Shown here piece by piece: positions 38,718 through 51,086 of a stretch of DNA of 64,000 nt (within the stretch, counting starts at the first letter, position 1; each line of letters opens with the position of its first letter). Position numbers and translations under genes: made by a program. The DNA comes from Malacoraja senta (taxonomy: Eukaryota): positions 15,068,001 through 15,132,000 of the forward strand of contig CM075988.1 of NCBI GenBank assembly GCA_038087875.1, in the 5' to 3' direction. The notes under the pieces were generated by a model, which did no database searches, was not told the origin of the DNA, and saw nothing but the letters and a program-made list of their open reading frames with translations.

Positions 38718-40291
38718 CAGTGCCCTCCATAATGTTTGGGACAAAGATCCATCATTTATTTATTTGCTTTTGTACTCCACAATTTAAGATTTGTAATAGG
38801 AAAAAAAACACATGTGGTTAAAGTGCACTTTATCAGATTTTAATAAGGGCCATTTTTATACATTTTGGTTTCACCATGTAGAAATTACAGCAGTGTTTAT
38901 ACATAGTTCCCCTCCCCATTTCAGGGCACCATAATGTTTGGGACACAGCAATGTCATGTAAATGTATTCTTTGCATGCAATGACTGCTTGAAGACTGATT
39001 CATGAACATCACCAGTTGCTGGGTGTCTTCTCTGGTCATGCTCTGCCAGGCCTGTATTGTAGCCATCTTTAGCTTGTTTTGGGGGCTAGTGCCCTTCAGT
39101 TTTCTCTTCAGCATATAAAAGGCATGCTCAATTGGGTTCAGATCGGGCGATTGACTTGGCCACTCATGAATTGACCATCTTTTAGTTTTGAAAAAAATCC
39201 TTTGTTGCTTTAGCAGTATGTTTGGGATCATTGTCTTGCTGTAGAATGTACTGCCGGCCAATGAGTTTTGTTTGAACGAGCAGATAGGATGTGTCTATAC
39301 ACTTCAGAATTCATAATGCTACTACCATCAGCAGCTGTATCATCAATGAAGATAAGTGAGCCAGTACCTTCAGCAGCCATACATGCCCAGGCCATAACAC
39401 CCCCAACACCGTGTTTCACAGATGAGGTGGTATGCTTTGGATCTTGGGCAGTTCCTTCTCTCCTCCAAACTTTGCACTTGCCATCACTCTGATATAAGTT
39501 AACCTTCGTCTCATCTGTCCACAAGACCTTTTTTTCCAGAGCTGTGGTTGCTCTTTTAAGTACCTCTTGGCAAACTGTAACCTGGCCATCCTATTTTTGC
39601 AGCTAATCGGTGGTTTGCATCTTGCAGTGTAGCCTCTGTATTTCTGTTCATGAAGTCTTCTGCGGACAGTGGTCATTGACAAATCCACACCTGACTCCTA
39701 AAGAGTGTTTCTAATCTGTCGGACAGGTGTTTGGGGATTTTGATTTATTATAGAGATAATTCTTCTGTCATCAGCTGTGGAGGTCTTCCTTGGCCTGCCA
39801 GTCCCTTTGTGATCAGTAAGCTCACCAGTGCTCTCTTTCTTCTTAATGATGTTCCAAACAGTTGATTTTGGTAAGCCTAAGGTTTGGCTGATGTCTCTAA
39901 CAATTTTATTTTTGTTCCTCAGTCTCATAATGGTTTCTTTGACTTTCATTGGCACAACTTTGGTCCTCGTGTTGATAAACAGCAATAAAAGTTTCTAAAG
40001 GTGATGGAAAGACTAGGTGCTGAGAGCTCTCATATACCTGCATTAAGGAGGCATTTAAACACACCTGAGCAATTACAAACACATGTGAAGCCATGTGTGC
40101 CAAACATTATGGTGCCGTGAAATGGGGGAACTATGTATAAACACTGCTGTAATTTCTACATAGTGAAACCAAAATGTATAAAAATGGCCTTTAATAAAAT
40201 CTGACTATGTGCACTTTAACCTCAAAGTGTGGAGTACAGAGGCAAATAAATAAATGGTGGGTCTTTGTCCCAAACATTATGGAGGGCACTG
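38718..40291 (-). mobile_element. Tc1 transposon (IR/DR type), full-length, transposase frameshifted
   Basis: TA TSD; ~200-230 bp TIRs starting cagtgccctccataatgtttgggaca with internal direct repeat; GRPRKT, WTDETK, VMAWAC and [12 protein letters not shown] in broken frames. Confidence 0.95.
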
Positions 40292-40649
40292 TATCTCAAA
40301 GTGTAGTTGTACCTCCAGCCTGCAGTTCTCATGGAAGATCTGTGAAAGGCTTTTAGAGGACAAAGATGGCTTGAAGTGCAGTTTCCTACTAGAAGTGAAG
40401 AGAAGGCGGGGGCATCCGAGCTACAGTGCATGCTGTGCATTCAAATACCAGAATGAAGCAAGCCTGCATGAAAATGCCCAAGTGGTTAGAGCAGCAGTAT
40501 TGTCATCAGAACCTGGTTCCACTGAACTCGTGAGCACCAATGGTAAGTGTAGGTCTACACTACTTCCTCAAATCACCTTTATCATTCCTTTCACCTTTGC
40601 TTCCTGTCTGTACAATTCCTTCTTAGCTATCACTCTCCCCTCTTTCCCC

Positions 40650-41100
40650 CTTTGGAGAATGTGCAGATAAGGTCTACTAAAATGCTGCTTGGATTAGAGG
40701 GCATCATCTGTAAAGAGGTTAGACAAACTGGGATTGTTTCTCTATGGTATTGGAGATTGAGGGGAATCTTGATATGTATGCAGAGATAGAGTAGACAGTC
40801 AAAACCTTTTTTCCAGGTTGGAAATGTCAAAGATTAGGGGCATAGGATTAAAGTCACAGGGTCAAAGCTTAAAGGAGATGTGCAGGGCAAGTTTTTTTTA
40901 AACACGGATAGTGGTAGGTGCCTCAAAAACACTGCCTGGGGTGATGGCGGAAGCAGATATGATAGCAGCATTTTAAAGGCTTTTATTTAGGCACATGAAT
41001 ATGCAGAGAATGGAAGGATGTGGATCATGCAGATGGAAGAGATTAACTTGGCAACATGTTCGGCATGGACTTTGGGGGCTGAACTGCTGTGTTCTGTGAC
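40650..41100 (+). mobile_element. Degraded CR1 3' fragment
   Basis: Similarity to the 14600-15060 CR1 3' region. Confidence 0.7.
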
Positions 41101-43299
41101 TGGGAGATAGGTTGTCAGGGATGAGCAAGATGGACAAAATTTAAGATTAGATAATGTAGAGTTTGGAAGTGTAGCTAGGACAGCATCAACCTAATAAAGG
41201 TATGATGAGGATTTAATTGTCAGTTGATCTGAAGCAGGGTCAGAATTGGGCATTATTAGAGCACAAGGGATGGGAAATCACAGGGCATTATCCAAATCAT
41301 GAATATTCGTAAAAGGTTTACCTCAGAATGAATATCTAGCTATCACATTTCTTCACCTCAGCAAATATCAGCAACCTTCATATTTTCAAGCTGTATTGTC
41401 AAGAAAGACAAGGTGCTTTTTGTATCCTTTTTGTTCCTTTTCTCTTTTAGGTTCTCAGAAATGGAGATTCTTGCACAGGAGATATCCCCCTTGGGGCCAC
41501 ACCACCTCATCCACCTCTAGCATTCTCTGCATGTGTGTTAGAGGGGAGACTCTAACTCCTGATAAAACTTCAGATAACAATAGCAGGGCAGCTCAGGGAA
41601 GACCAGGCCCTTTCCCAGCCCCTGAGGATGAGAGAAATGCAGGCTTCATGGATAAGAAAACTGCTTTCCTCCCTGAAATAGTTGTGAGGGAAATGCCAAG
41701 GTGCTTAAACAACATGGCTAAGTGTGTAGAGGAATCTGCTTCAAGCCAATGTGGCATCAGTCCGTATGGTGTGAGCAATCTGCAGTTTTACTTTAGTCAG
41801 TTTGATCGCTCCAGGATAGCAGCAGTCGATTCCTCAGAAATTACGTCTATTACATTAATTTATTTGTTCATTTAATACAAAATTCAAAAACTATTTTGGA
41901 GTGATATGGTTACTGCAGTTGGAAGTTATGTTTTCAAGTGTTGTCTCAAGGGCTTAAAGCCTTGTAGATCAACTATAAACATTTTGGGATGGGAAAAGAA
42001 AGTGACCATTTTTTAATATTTGAAAGGGGCAGCATGCACAATCTGTCTCTGATAGTAATATCCTGCCACGTGAATTATTTACAAAGCACCTACTATTTAT
42101 ATGTGCATATCTAGACTTGGGGGCAACTAATAGGTGTTTACTTAACTCAAGAGACTAATACAAATTCTGCAGTTATCACAAAGAAGGTGTGACCTACATT
42201 GTACAAGTCAATTCTATTTTACATTATTAAGAAGCACAGTGAACAACATGCCAGCATTAATTAATACACTTACAGTGATAGAGTATCTTCCAAGCAATGA
42301 GAGTCTGATACAGTTTGAACAGATCAGACGTGAACCAAGGTTGACTTTGAAGCAACAGCTGCAGATGTTGACCTGGGTTGAACTTTAAATAGGTGAACAA
42401 ATTTTAATTTGTTTCTTACCTCGTATATTAACTGCAGTTGTTTGGCTGATTGATGCAAATGGAGAGCAATAAAACAATGTACTTCTGGTTACATTCATTG
42501 CAGAACTGCCGTAAAACTATGCATTGCGTAACAGTATCTAACAATTTCTAAGTATCCTAAAACTCAGGAAAATAAAGCCTTTAATAAGAGATCTCAGTTC
42601 CATTGTATCTTTTTTATGGTGCAGATTATGCCCGATCCTTTAAAGTTTGTATCTCATTATTTGCTTTGTCATTGTGTAGAATTGCACTGTAATTGGTTGA
42701 AGTAATGAATCCTGACATTTGCAGCTACTGGCTATTTGTAAGCTGCACAAAGAACCGATTCATTGTAAAATACTAGTGTCATCGTCTTCTGACTGACATT
42801 TAACTTTAGGAATGTGACTTACAATTTATCTTGGACTTTACTTGCAAATGTATGTTAAACAGGCTGCAATAGTTAGGAGGATAACTGGCTTCTTAGTGAA
42901 AAGTTTCATTATTAAACATTTTGATGTTTGATAGCTATCAGTATGGGTCATCTTTCTTGTGATTGGAACAAAATAATTGAATAATCATGCGATCTCAAAA
43001 ACGTCAATTGTCACTTAAATTTCAATAGTTAAGAAAATAAATCAGGACCTGGATATTGTATAAAAAGTTACATTAGTTGCTTTTGGCTAGAAGTCCCTGG
43101 TATGTGTGTAGTCTTGGAAAAACAGTATAGAAGAAGCCATGTAATCATTGATACTATGTAATCTAGCTACGCATCGGTATTTATTTAGTTCCATTCTAAC
43201 CACCTGAAATTTGTTTCCATAACAATTTGTGGTAAAATATTCCGTCACAAAAACCTAGTGAAATATTAGCCTTGTCTGTTGTAGGGATGAGGCATTTAG

Positions 43300-44290
43300 A
43301 ATTAGCGTTATACAGCACAGAAAGAGACTCTTTGGTTCAATTTGTCCATGCTGACCAAGGTGCCTGCCTGAGCTTGTCCCATTTGCCCCATGCGTCCCCT
43401 TTAAACCTTTCAAATTAAATCTATGCTCTCTAGTTTTAGACTCCCTTACCCTTGGGAATAGGTATGTACTGTCCACCTATGCTCCACATCATTTTATAAA
43501 CCTCTAAGGTTGCTTCAGAGAAAACAGTCCCAACATATCTAGTCTTTTCTTATAACTTAAGCCCCCCAGTCTCAGCAACATCCTTGCATCTTTTCTGTAC
43601 CCTTTCCAGCATAATTACATTCTTCCTATTGTGGTCTCACAAACATCTTGTATGCCTGTAATATAAGAGTACAAGAGTTGTACTCTTGCCCTGAGCGATG
43701 AAGGTAAACGCACTGTCCACTTTTATCACTACCCTGTCCGAATGTATCTCCACTTTCAGGAAACTTTTGTACTTGTACACCTAGGTCTCTCTGTTCTACA
43801 ACACTCCGCAAGACCCTGCTATTCACTGTGTATGTCCTTCCCTGATTTAACTTGCCAGAATGCATGTCTTTGCAATTGTTCGGGTTAAATTCTATCTATT
43901 ATTCCTTTGCCCACTTTCCCAGTTGAGCTGAATATTTTTGTAACCTTATACAACCACTGTCACTGTACCCCCTATTTTGCTGCCTCTGCAAACTTGCTAA
44001 ATATGCTATCTACATTCTCACCCAGATAATTAATATAGATGACAAAGAACGAGGGGACCCAGCACTGATCTCTGTGGCACACCCTTGGTCACAGGCCTCC
44101 AATCTGAAAAGCAACTCTCTGCACCACCCTCGTGCCTCTTACCGTAAACCCATTTTTGTAGTCAGTTGCTAGCTCACTCTAAATCCCAGATGATGTAACC
44201 TTCCAGACCAGTATACCGTGCCGGAACCGTACGTATCATGTAGAAATGTTACTGGAACTTTATCAAAGGCCTTGCTGAAGGCCATGTAGG
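43300..44290 (-). mobile_element. Degraded CR1 RT/3' fragment
   Basis: FSKAFDKV, NQGRTYTVN..EQRDLGVQV, ESKTREH fragments. Confidence 0.8.
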
Positions 44291-44974
44291 TAATTACCTT
44301 ATTTTTCAAGGATTTATTTTGTCTCCTGATTTCCTTCTTGAATGTAACCTGCATCGCTTTTCATCAATTCGCTGGCATAGTTGGTCCCAAGACCGTCCTT
44401 TGTATTATTAAGTACACATTTTAATTGAGAATCGAGCGCACATTACTGAATTTTACCCTGCTTACTCCAGGTGCAATACAGGCAAAAAAGTACTACCCCA
44501 ACATCTTATCCTAGTAATGCCCTGGTTATTATCTTAATTTTATTCCCTAAGTAGTCTAGTTAATTTTAAAATTAAGCAGTTTTAATTTTTTAAGTAATGG
44601 TCAGGAATTCAATTTCCTTCTGGCTGCATTCCAAGAAGTTCCTTTTCCTTATGAGTGTTCTACCATTGTGGAGTATTTCCATTCACTTCCTTTACAATCC
44701 AAAAGCATTGTTTCTTGCGATGAACAGCACCTGTCACTTGGTTCAGTGCTCTATCATCCTCCGTCAGAATTCTTTGACAGTTTTTATGCCTTGTGTTTTG
44801 TAATTAATAATGCATATTTGTTATCTTTCCAAACAAATTCCAGTAACTGATTACTTGTTTTGTCAAGCTAACAATTCCTTTTGTCTTTTCCATTTTATTA
44901 TCTCTCATTCTTTGGCACAAGTACAAATTGCTCCACTTATTGTATTTAGAAACAATCTCTAAATCTCTTTAGGA

Positions 44975-45254
44975 AGAGTCGAATTTTATTATCATATTTC
45001 CCAAACAGAACAATGAAATTCTTACTTGCAGCAGCCCAACAGAGTATCGTAAACATAGTACTCTATATGAAAAAAAGTTGTGAATAATTTATATACGCAT
45101 ACAACTTTTCTTCATATAGAGTACTATGTGTACTGCTGCTAGTAAGCATTTCATTGTGTGTGCGTGTGTATATATATGTGTGTGTATAGATATGTGTATA
45201 TATGTGTGTATATATATATATATGTGTGTGTATATATGTGTGTGTGTGTGTATA

Positions 45255-45311
<57 letters not shown>

Positions 45312-45660
45312 GTATGTATACATATGCGTGTGTGTATGCATACATACACATGAAAACAAAACCAGCAAATAGTGCAAGAAGACAAATCCAATGCCCCCAA
45401 GTCTATGATCGACAGTGCTGGAATAACTCAGCGGGACTCGCAGCATCTCTGGAGAGAGAGAATCCATTCCTTCTCTACAGAGATGCTGCCTATCCTGCTG
45501 AATTACTCCAGCACTTTGTGTATATCTTCGGTTTAAACCAGCATCTGCCATTCCTTCCTACACATTTCGTCTGCCGTTTATGTAGTTCAGAGCTTATTTG
45601 GTGGTTGTAGTATTTAACAGCCTGATGGCTGCAGGGAAGAAGCTGTTCCTGTACCTGGTG
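44975..45660 (-). mobile_element. Rex1-type 3' end with expanded microsatellite and nested Penelope hairpin (45412-45565)
   Basis: Matches 5470-5780 (aatgaaattcttacttg; gttcagagcttatttg...agctgttcctg). Confidence 0.75.
45155..45352. repeat. Compound (TG/TA/CA)n microsatellite
   Basis: Direct reading of sequence. Confidence 0.95.
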
Positions 45661-47604
45661 CTATAATTTTACACTTTCTAATTTCCATCTGAGGTGTAAT
45701 TCCTTTGTCGTCAGATCTGTTCAAGTGGTGCACTCAAACTAGAATGTCAAGGAATATCAGTAGAGACTGGCTAATGGAGGACCAGATTGCTTTTCAGGCT
45801 CAATTGGAGCTTGTCTATGAAAAAGCATTGGTGTTATGCCTGGGAATTCTTAGATCGTCTTTTCCTGCTGTAGCAATCCATTAACTACAGGGGCCACTTC
45901 TGAAAGGGAATCGTTCCCATTACTAATCAATGGAAGTGCCTATGATTCATTTAGATATTTACATTGCAGTAACTTGGCTGACTTATTCCACAGGCAACAT
46001 GACCACATTCAATCTTGTTAATTTTTTTTGTGTTTCACGCTTCAGATCTTACAGTAATGTCACTGCTTGGCCTTTCATCCAAGGAGCAAGTTGGCAATGT
46101 ACATCACCATCATGAAAGCAGTTGAATTATTTATATTAGTGAATGGTTCAGATATGAGGAGCCACCAGTCAATATTACAAAAGCAGAATATGAGGAATGT
46201 TTGTTTGGCTGATCTTTTATAAAAAGGTGTTAGCATTGTAACAGTGCATCTAGTAAAATAACAGTACAAATTGGCTTGGTGTACAATTGGATCTCTTTCC
46301 CAATAGAAAAGGTTGAGGCCTGCAGTGTGACAGTGGACAAGGGGGAATCTCTAAGGAATTATTTATTCTGCTGGATGGCATGTTCTGTTTTTGCCAAATA
46401 CTAATTATGCCTTGATCTCTACTGAAAGAAAACTCTTAATCGTTTGCGTCCAATACTTTGCATTAAACCTGGAGAGAAAAGGCCAAGATAATGCTGGAGT
46501 CTAGGTTTACTGACCTATTAGTTCTTCATAATACATTTGTATTCTCTGTCAGGGAAAGGTAAGCTCTTATTCCACCAGTAAGGAAACATCATACAATGAA
46601 TGCTGTATTTTACCCACTGCCCTAGGATTTAGATGCCATTGCCCTCTATAGAAACTTTGGTCTAATGTATTGAACCTACTTCTGTTTTTAAAGTTTTGTT
46701 ATCAATATTCAGATTGATTGTTTAATTCCTGCTATGATCCAGGATTTCTTGTTGTTCGAGATCTACATCTTGTTTCATGTGATTTTAATTATTTGGTGAA
46801 CTGAAATATTCTTATTTTAAGATTCTTCTGTCTGCATTGAATCAGTCTCTTAGAGTGCCTTCAGAATGTTTATGCATATACAACTAGAATCATTGCAGAT
46901 TTGCAGATTTTGCAGGCTGGGAAAGTGGCAATTAGCCAAGCGGCAAAGTGGATTTGATTAACAGAATTGGAAAGTATTCCTTGCTTAAGGTATCATTTCA
47001 GCTTCTGATTATCTCCATTTTGAGTTGGGAAGAAAGCTCATATTGTGCAGAACTGCAAATGGTTCTAACTGGGACCAACTCTGTTAGTGAAGCGCTGCTG
47101 GAGTGAAAGTGAAGCCGGTCAGGTTCAGATCTCCAGAGACACTTTCAGGTGCTGGAATGTCCCTTCCAAACAACAGCTTTCTGTTCCAGCTTTGTATGAG
47201 CCTAACTCTCCCATGAACTGCTCATATTGCCTTATTTGTTGACAGGGACAGTTCCAAATACTCCAGGGACAGCGTTTCATTCTCGCATTCATTCTTTAAA
47301 ACACACAGGAAATGAGCAACATTTGAGCTGTTATCTGGTTAATTACAAATTTATTGCTAAAATTATATTCTTTTCATAATCAGTTGAGCAATTTGTTTTT
47401 GCATTCTATATTGAACAAATCTTCTTTGATTTTTTTTTGTCTGAGATGATGAGCCTTGTCTAGCCGTGTATGTAGTAAGGCTCTCAAGAAGTAATTGATG
47501 TGGCTGCTAGAAGTACTTAGATGCTGCACACATTGTTGTTTTCTGCAGAGCCTCTTCAGTAATTTTATATTGCTCCTGTGTATTTCTTAATTAAAGTCTA
47601 CTTG

Positions 47605-48165
47605 TGGATAAATGTGAGGTTATCTCCATTGGAGGCAAGAAAGGAAAAGGCAGATTATTATCTGAATCGTGTCAGGTTATGAAAAGAGGAAGTACAGTGA
47701 GACCTGGGTGTCCTAGTACATCAGTCACTGAAAGTAAGCATACAGGTACAACAGGCAGTGAAGAAAGCTAATGGCATGTTGGCCTTCATAACGAGAGGAG
47801 TTGAGTTTAGGAGCAAAGAGGTCCTTCTGCAGTTGTACAGGGCCCTGGTGAGACCACACCTGGAGTATTATGTGCAGTTTTGGTCTCCTAATTTGAGGAA
47901 GGACATTCTTGCTATTGGGGGAGTGCAGTGTAGGTTCACGAGGTTAATTCCCGGAATGGCGGGACTGTCATATGATGAAAGAATGGAGCGATTGGGCTTG
48001 TATTCACTGGAATTTAAAAGGATGAGAGGGGATCTTATAGAAACATATAAAATTATTAAGGGATTGGACACGCTAGATGCAGGAAACATGTTCCCGATGT
48101 TAGGGGAGTCCAGAACCAGAGTGCTGGCTCGAAGGGCCGAATGGCCTACTCCTGCACCTAATTTC
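47605..48165 (+). mobile_element. CR1 ORF2 fragment, same family as 15125-17203
   Basis: KKANGMLAFI...RPHLEYYVQFWSPNLRKD nearly identical to the 375-aa ORF. Confidence 0.9.
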
Positions 48166-50584
48166 TTGTGTATCTCTTCCTTTTAAAATTCCATGATTAA
48201 TTTACCTATTATGGAACATCGCATTGTCAATATGTGTGTGAATTTTTCTTAACTGTATTTGCTCCAGTTTTCAAGACTCTTCTCTTGTCCAACAAACCTT
48301 TATAGAAGAGAAGAGATATTCTTACCTTCCTCAATTGCCTTGCATTGCTTTAATATCATAATTATATTACCCTTTTTTCCTTATCCTTATTTCTAAAAAA
48401 AAAATTCTAGTCTCTCCATAATTTCAATCATTCAGGTCAGATGGATGTTCTCCCGAGGTTAACATGACTTCGGGTCTGAAGGCATTGTCGTCCATTCAGC
48501 ACCAATTTTCTACATTCGTTATGTCCCGTGATAAAAAATCATGGGAGAATGTTACCCCTTCATGTTCTGAATTGCATTTTAATTTTAAGTCATCCTATGA
48601 TTCACGTTTAGTTCATACTTGTGTTTTAGTTTAGTTAACTTTCACAATTCTTACTCTTCCACCCAACTCGCAATTTACGACTGCCATTATTATCCCATGT
48701 TTCTTTCAACATTATAGTTAGTATCTTTACATTAAGTGACAGCATGAAAGAAATGGTGTCCCTTATCCTTCCTTGATGCCAAATCTTTCCACTGTCCGCC
48801 AACCCAGAACGTCTGTTCTTCCAATAATTCTCTGTCAATCGTGCGCTTCATGTCATATTCCAGCTAGTAACCTGTTATGTTGATCTTAATCATGTACATA
48901 AGATGTATCTCTGTATGTTGCATCAGTAATACCCATAGTAGTGTCCATATAATTTTGAATGGACAAGTAAAGCAATAAGAAATTTTATATATAAAAGCAA
49001 ATTACTGCGATGCTGAGATCAGAAATGGTAGAAGTGCCTGTTAGCCCACACAGCATCCTAGAAGGAACATCAAGTTCACCTGAAAAGCAAAGGAGATTTT
49101 CAATACTGAAAAGGGTGTATCAATTCTTAGGTGATAGGTAGAAGAACAAGATCATGAGTGTAGAATCCTTTGATTGATCTTGATAGTTGTTAGCATGGGT
49201 ATAATATGGCATTTACATGCATGGCTGAAAAGATGTCTCAAAGAGATGAGTTTAAATTCTTGGGATAATGAGAAAATCTGAGGTTGGACAAGCAAGTCAC
49301 AAGTGCTGTGAGAGGAGCACGTATCAAATTTGCAAGAAGATGTGGAAATAGCAGATCAGAGAATAAAAGGAACATATCAGAGTTGAAATAAACCAGATGA
49401 GAAGGATAAAAGTAAGATGGATAAACTGATTTCATGTTAATCATTTCAAATGCATAATGCTGTCTGTGCATGTTCTGAGTTTCCAGATGGTACAATATAG
49501 TGGCATTAGCAGAGGAATATTGTTGAGCTGTAGTGAATCACATATTCTATTACAGCATCTAAACAAACGTTGATTAGGTTCAAGTTAGGGAATGAAAAGC
49601 AAAGTGTAGCTTTGCTGAGATTATTTTAGATCGTAAGGGATTCAGCATTAGTGAAGCAAACTGATGCTGACTTGAAAGATCAGCCATGGTCTTATTAAAT
49701 AGTGGAGCAGACATAAAGGGCTGATTAGTGTACTCTTCCTAATTCTTGTGTTCTTGTGCAGAATTCTGAATGATGAAGGAAAACTTTGCATAATTTTCTT
49801 CTGTGATCCAAAATCGGAATTGAATTGTGTAATTGTATTAACTCCACAAGACACAATTGTGATATGTCAGTGTTTACTCTCCACACAAGCTAATCCTAAT
49901 AGGATATGTTTTTTTTAAAAAGTAAGACAGTGCAGATCTGAAATATAACAGAAAATGTAGGAAGTACTCCGCAGTTCGGACAGCATCTATGGTGTGGGAA
50001 GCATGGTTAATGTTTTCAGTTAATGACCATTCATGAGAACTAGGAACAATTCGAAAAGAAGCTTGTCTTGAGCTACAGAGAAAGGGTTATGATTAAGATG
50101 TGGTAACATGGAAACCAAGAGAAACGGAATAATGCAAGTAGTGTTGACCCCAGCACTCGCAGAGAGAATATGATGAAGGCCTGTTAATTGAAAGTGATAC
50201 CTCTAAAGGAACTCCAAATAGAAAGTGATGACTGGGGACAGTAAAGAGTGAGAAAATATGGTAAAAATGTGAGATGCAGAACATTGATGGAAGTCTGAAA
50301 TAAGACATTGCTGGTCAGGCAGCAGGTGTGGAGAAAACAAAGGTGGACAAAGAATAACATGATATCCAAATTGAAAACAAAACCAGATTTGATTTATCAC
50401 TTCAAAACATTACTGTTTGGACAGCAAAGATGATCTTGCCAAATGGTTTCATTCTCAATCCTCCCTATGATCCCTCCATTTTTTAATCTCTTACACTGAA
50501 CCAGCAGAACCCAATGTAAGCTATAAGAATATGTGGAGTGTCTCATCTTCTGATAGCTTGGTTTGACCATCTGAAAATAATGGT

Positions 50585-50728
50585 CTTAAGAAGGGTCTTG
50601 ACCTGAAATGTCACCCATTCCTTCTCTCCAGAAATGCTGCCTGTCCTGCTGAGTTACTCCAGCTTTTTGTGTCTATCTTTGATTTAAACCAGCATCTGCA
50701 GTTTCTTCCTACCTACCTACACATTTTG
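50585..50728 (+). mobile_element. Penelope pLTR mini-insertion next to exon 7 acceptor
   Basis: 15-bp TSD tctgaaaataatggt (50570-50584, 50729-50743). Confidence 0.8.
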
Positions 50729-50761
50729 TCTGAAAATAATGGTTGTCCATTTGTTTTCCAG

Positions 50762-51086
50762 ATATCATGAACTGGTAGCACAATATGGTGTGTTGGAACC
50801 GTTGGCTGTGGTTGACCTCCGGCCCCGGAGTGGTGCCAAGATTGAAGTTCACTTTGAGGGTAAAGTTGAAGTGATGAATATTCGTCTCGATCAGACTGTG
50901 GGTGATCTGAAGAAACACCTTCGGACTATCGTGCAGTTGTCAACCAATAACATGCGGTTGTATTACATTGATCAAGACATGGTAAACACATTTGGACCAG
51001 AAGAAATGAGATACAGCATGCGTGCTCTTCACTCGTTTAGTATTCGTGATGGAGATGAGATTCATGTAGAACCAAAAACAAAATAG
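50762..51086 (+). CDS. TBCEL: TBCEL coding exon 7, ubiquitin-like domain, stop TAG
   Basis: ttgttttccag acceptor; [21 protein letters not shown]...[11 protein letters not shown]...GPEEMRYS...EPKTK*. Confidence 0.96.

Noticed and set aside
45063..45610. Long ORFs rich in VC/HT/YI dipeptides
   Set aside because: Translations of a dinucleotide microsatellite.
9168..51086. Calling the gene TBCE
   Set aside because: No N-terminal CAP-Gly domain; length and motifs fit TBCEL.
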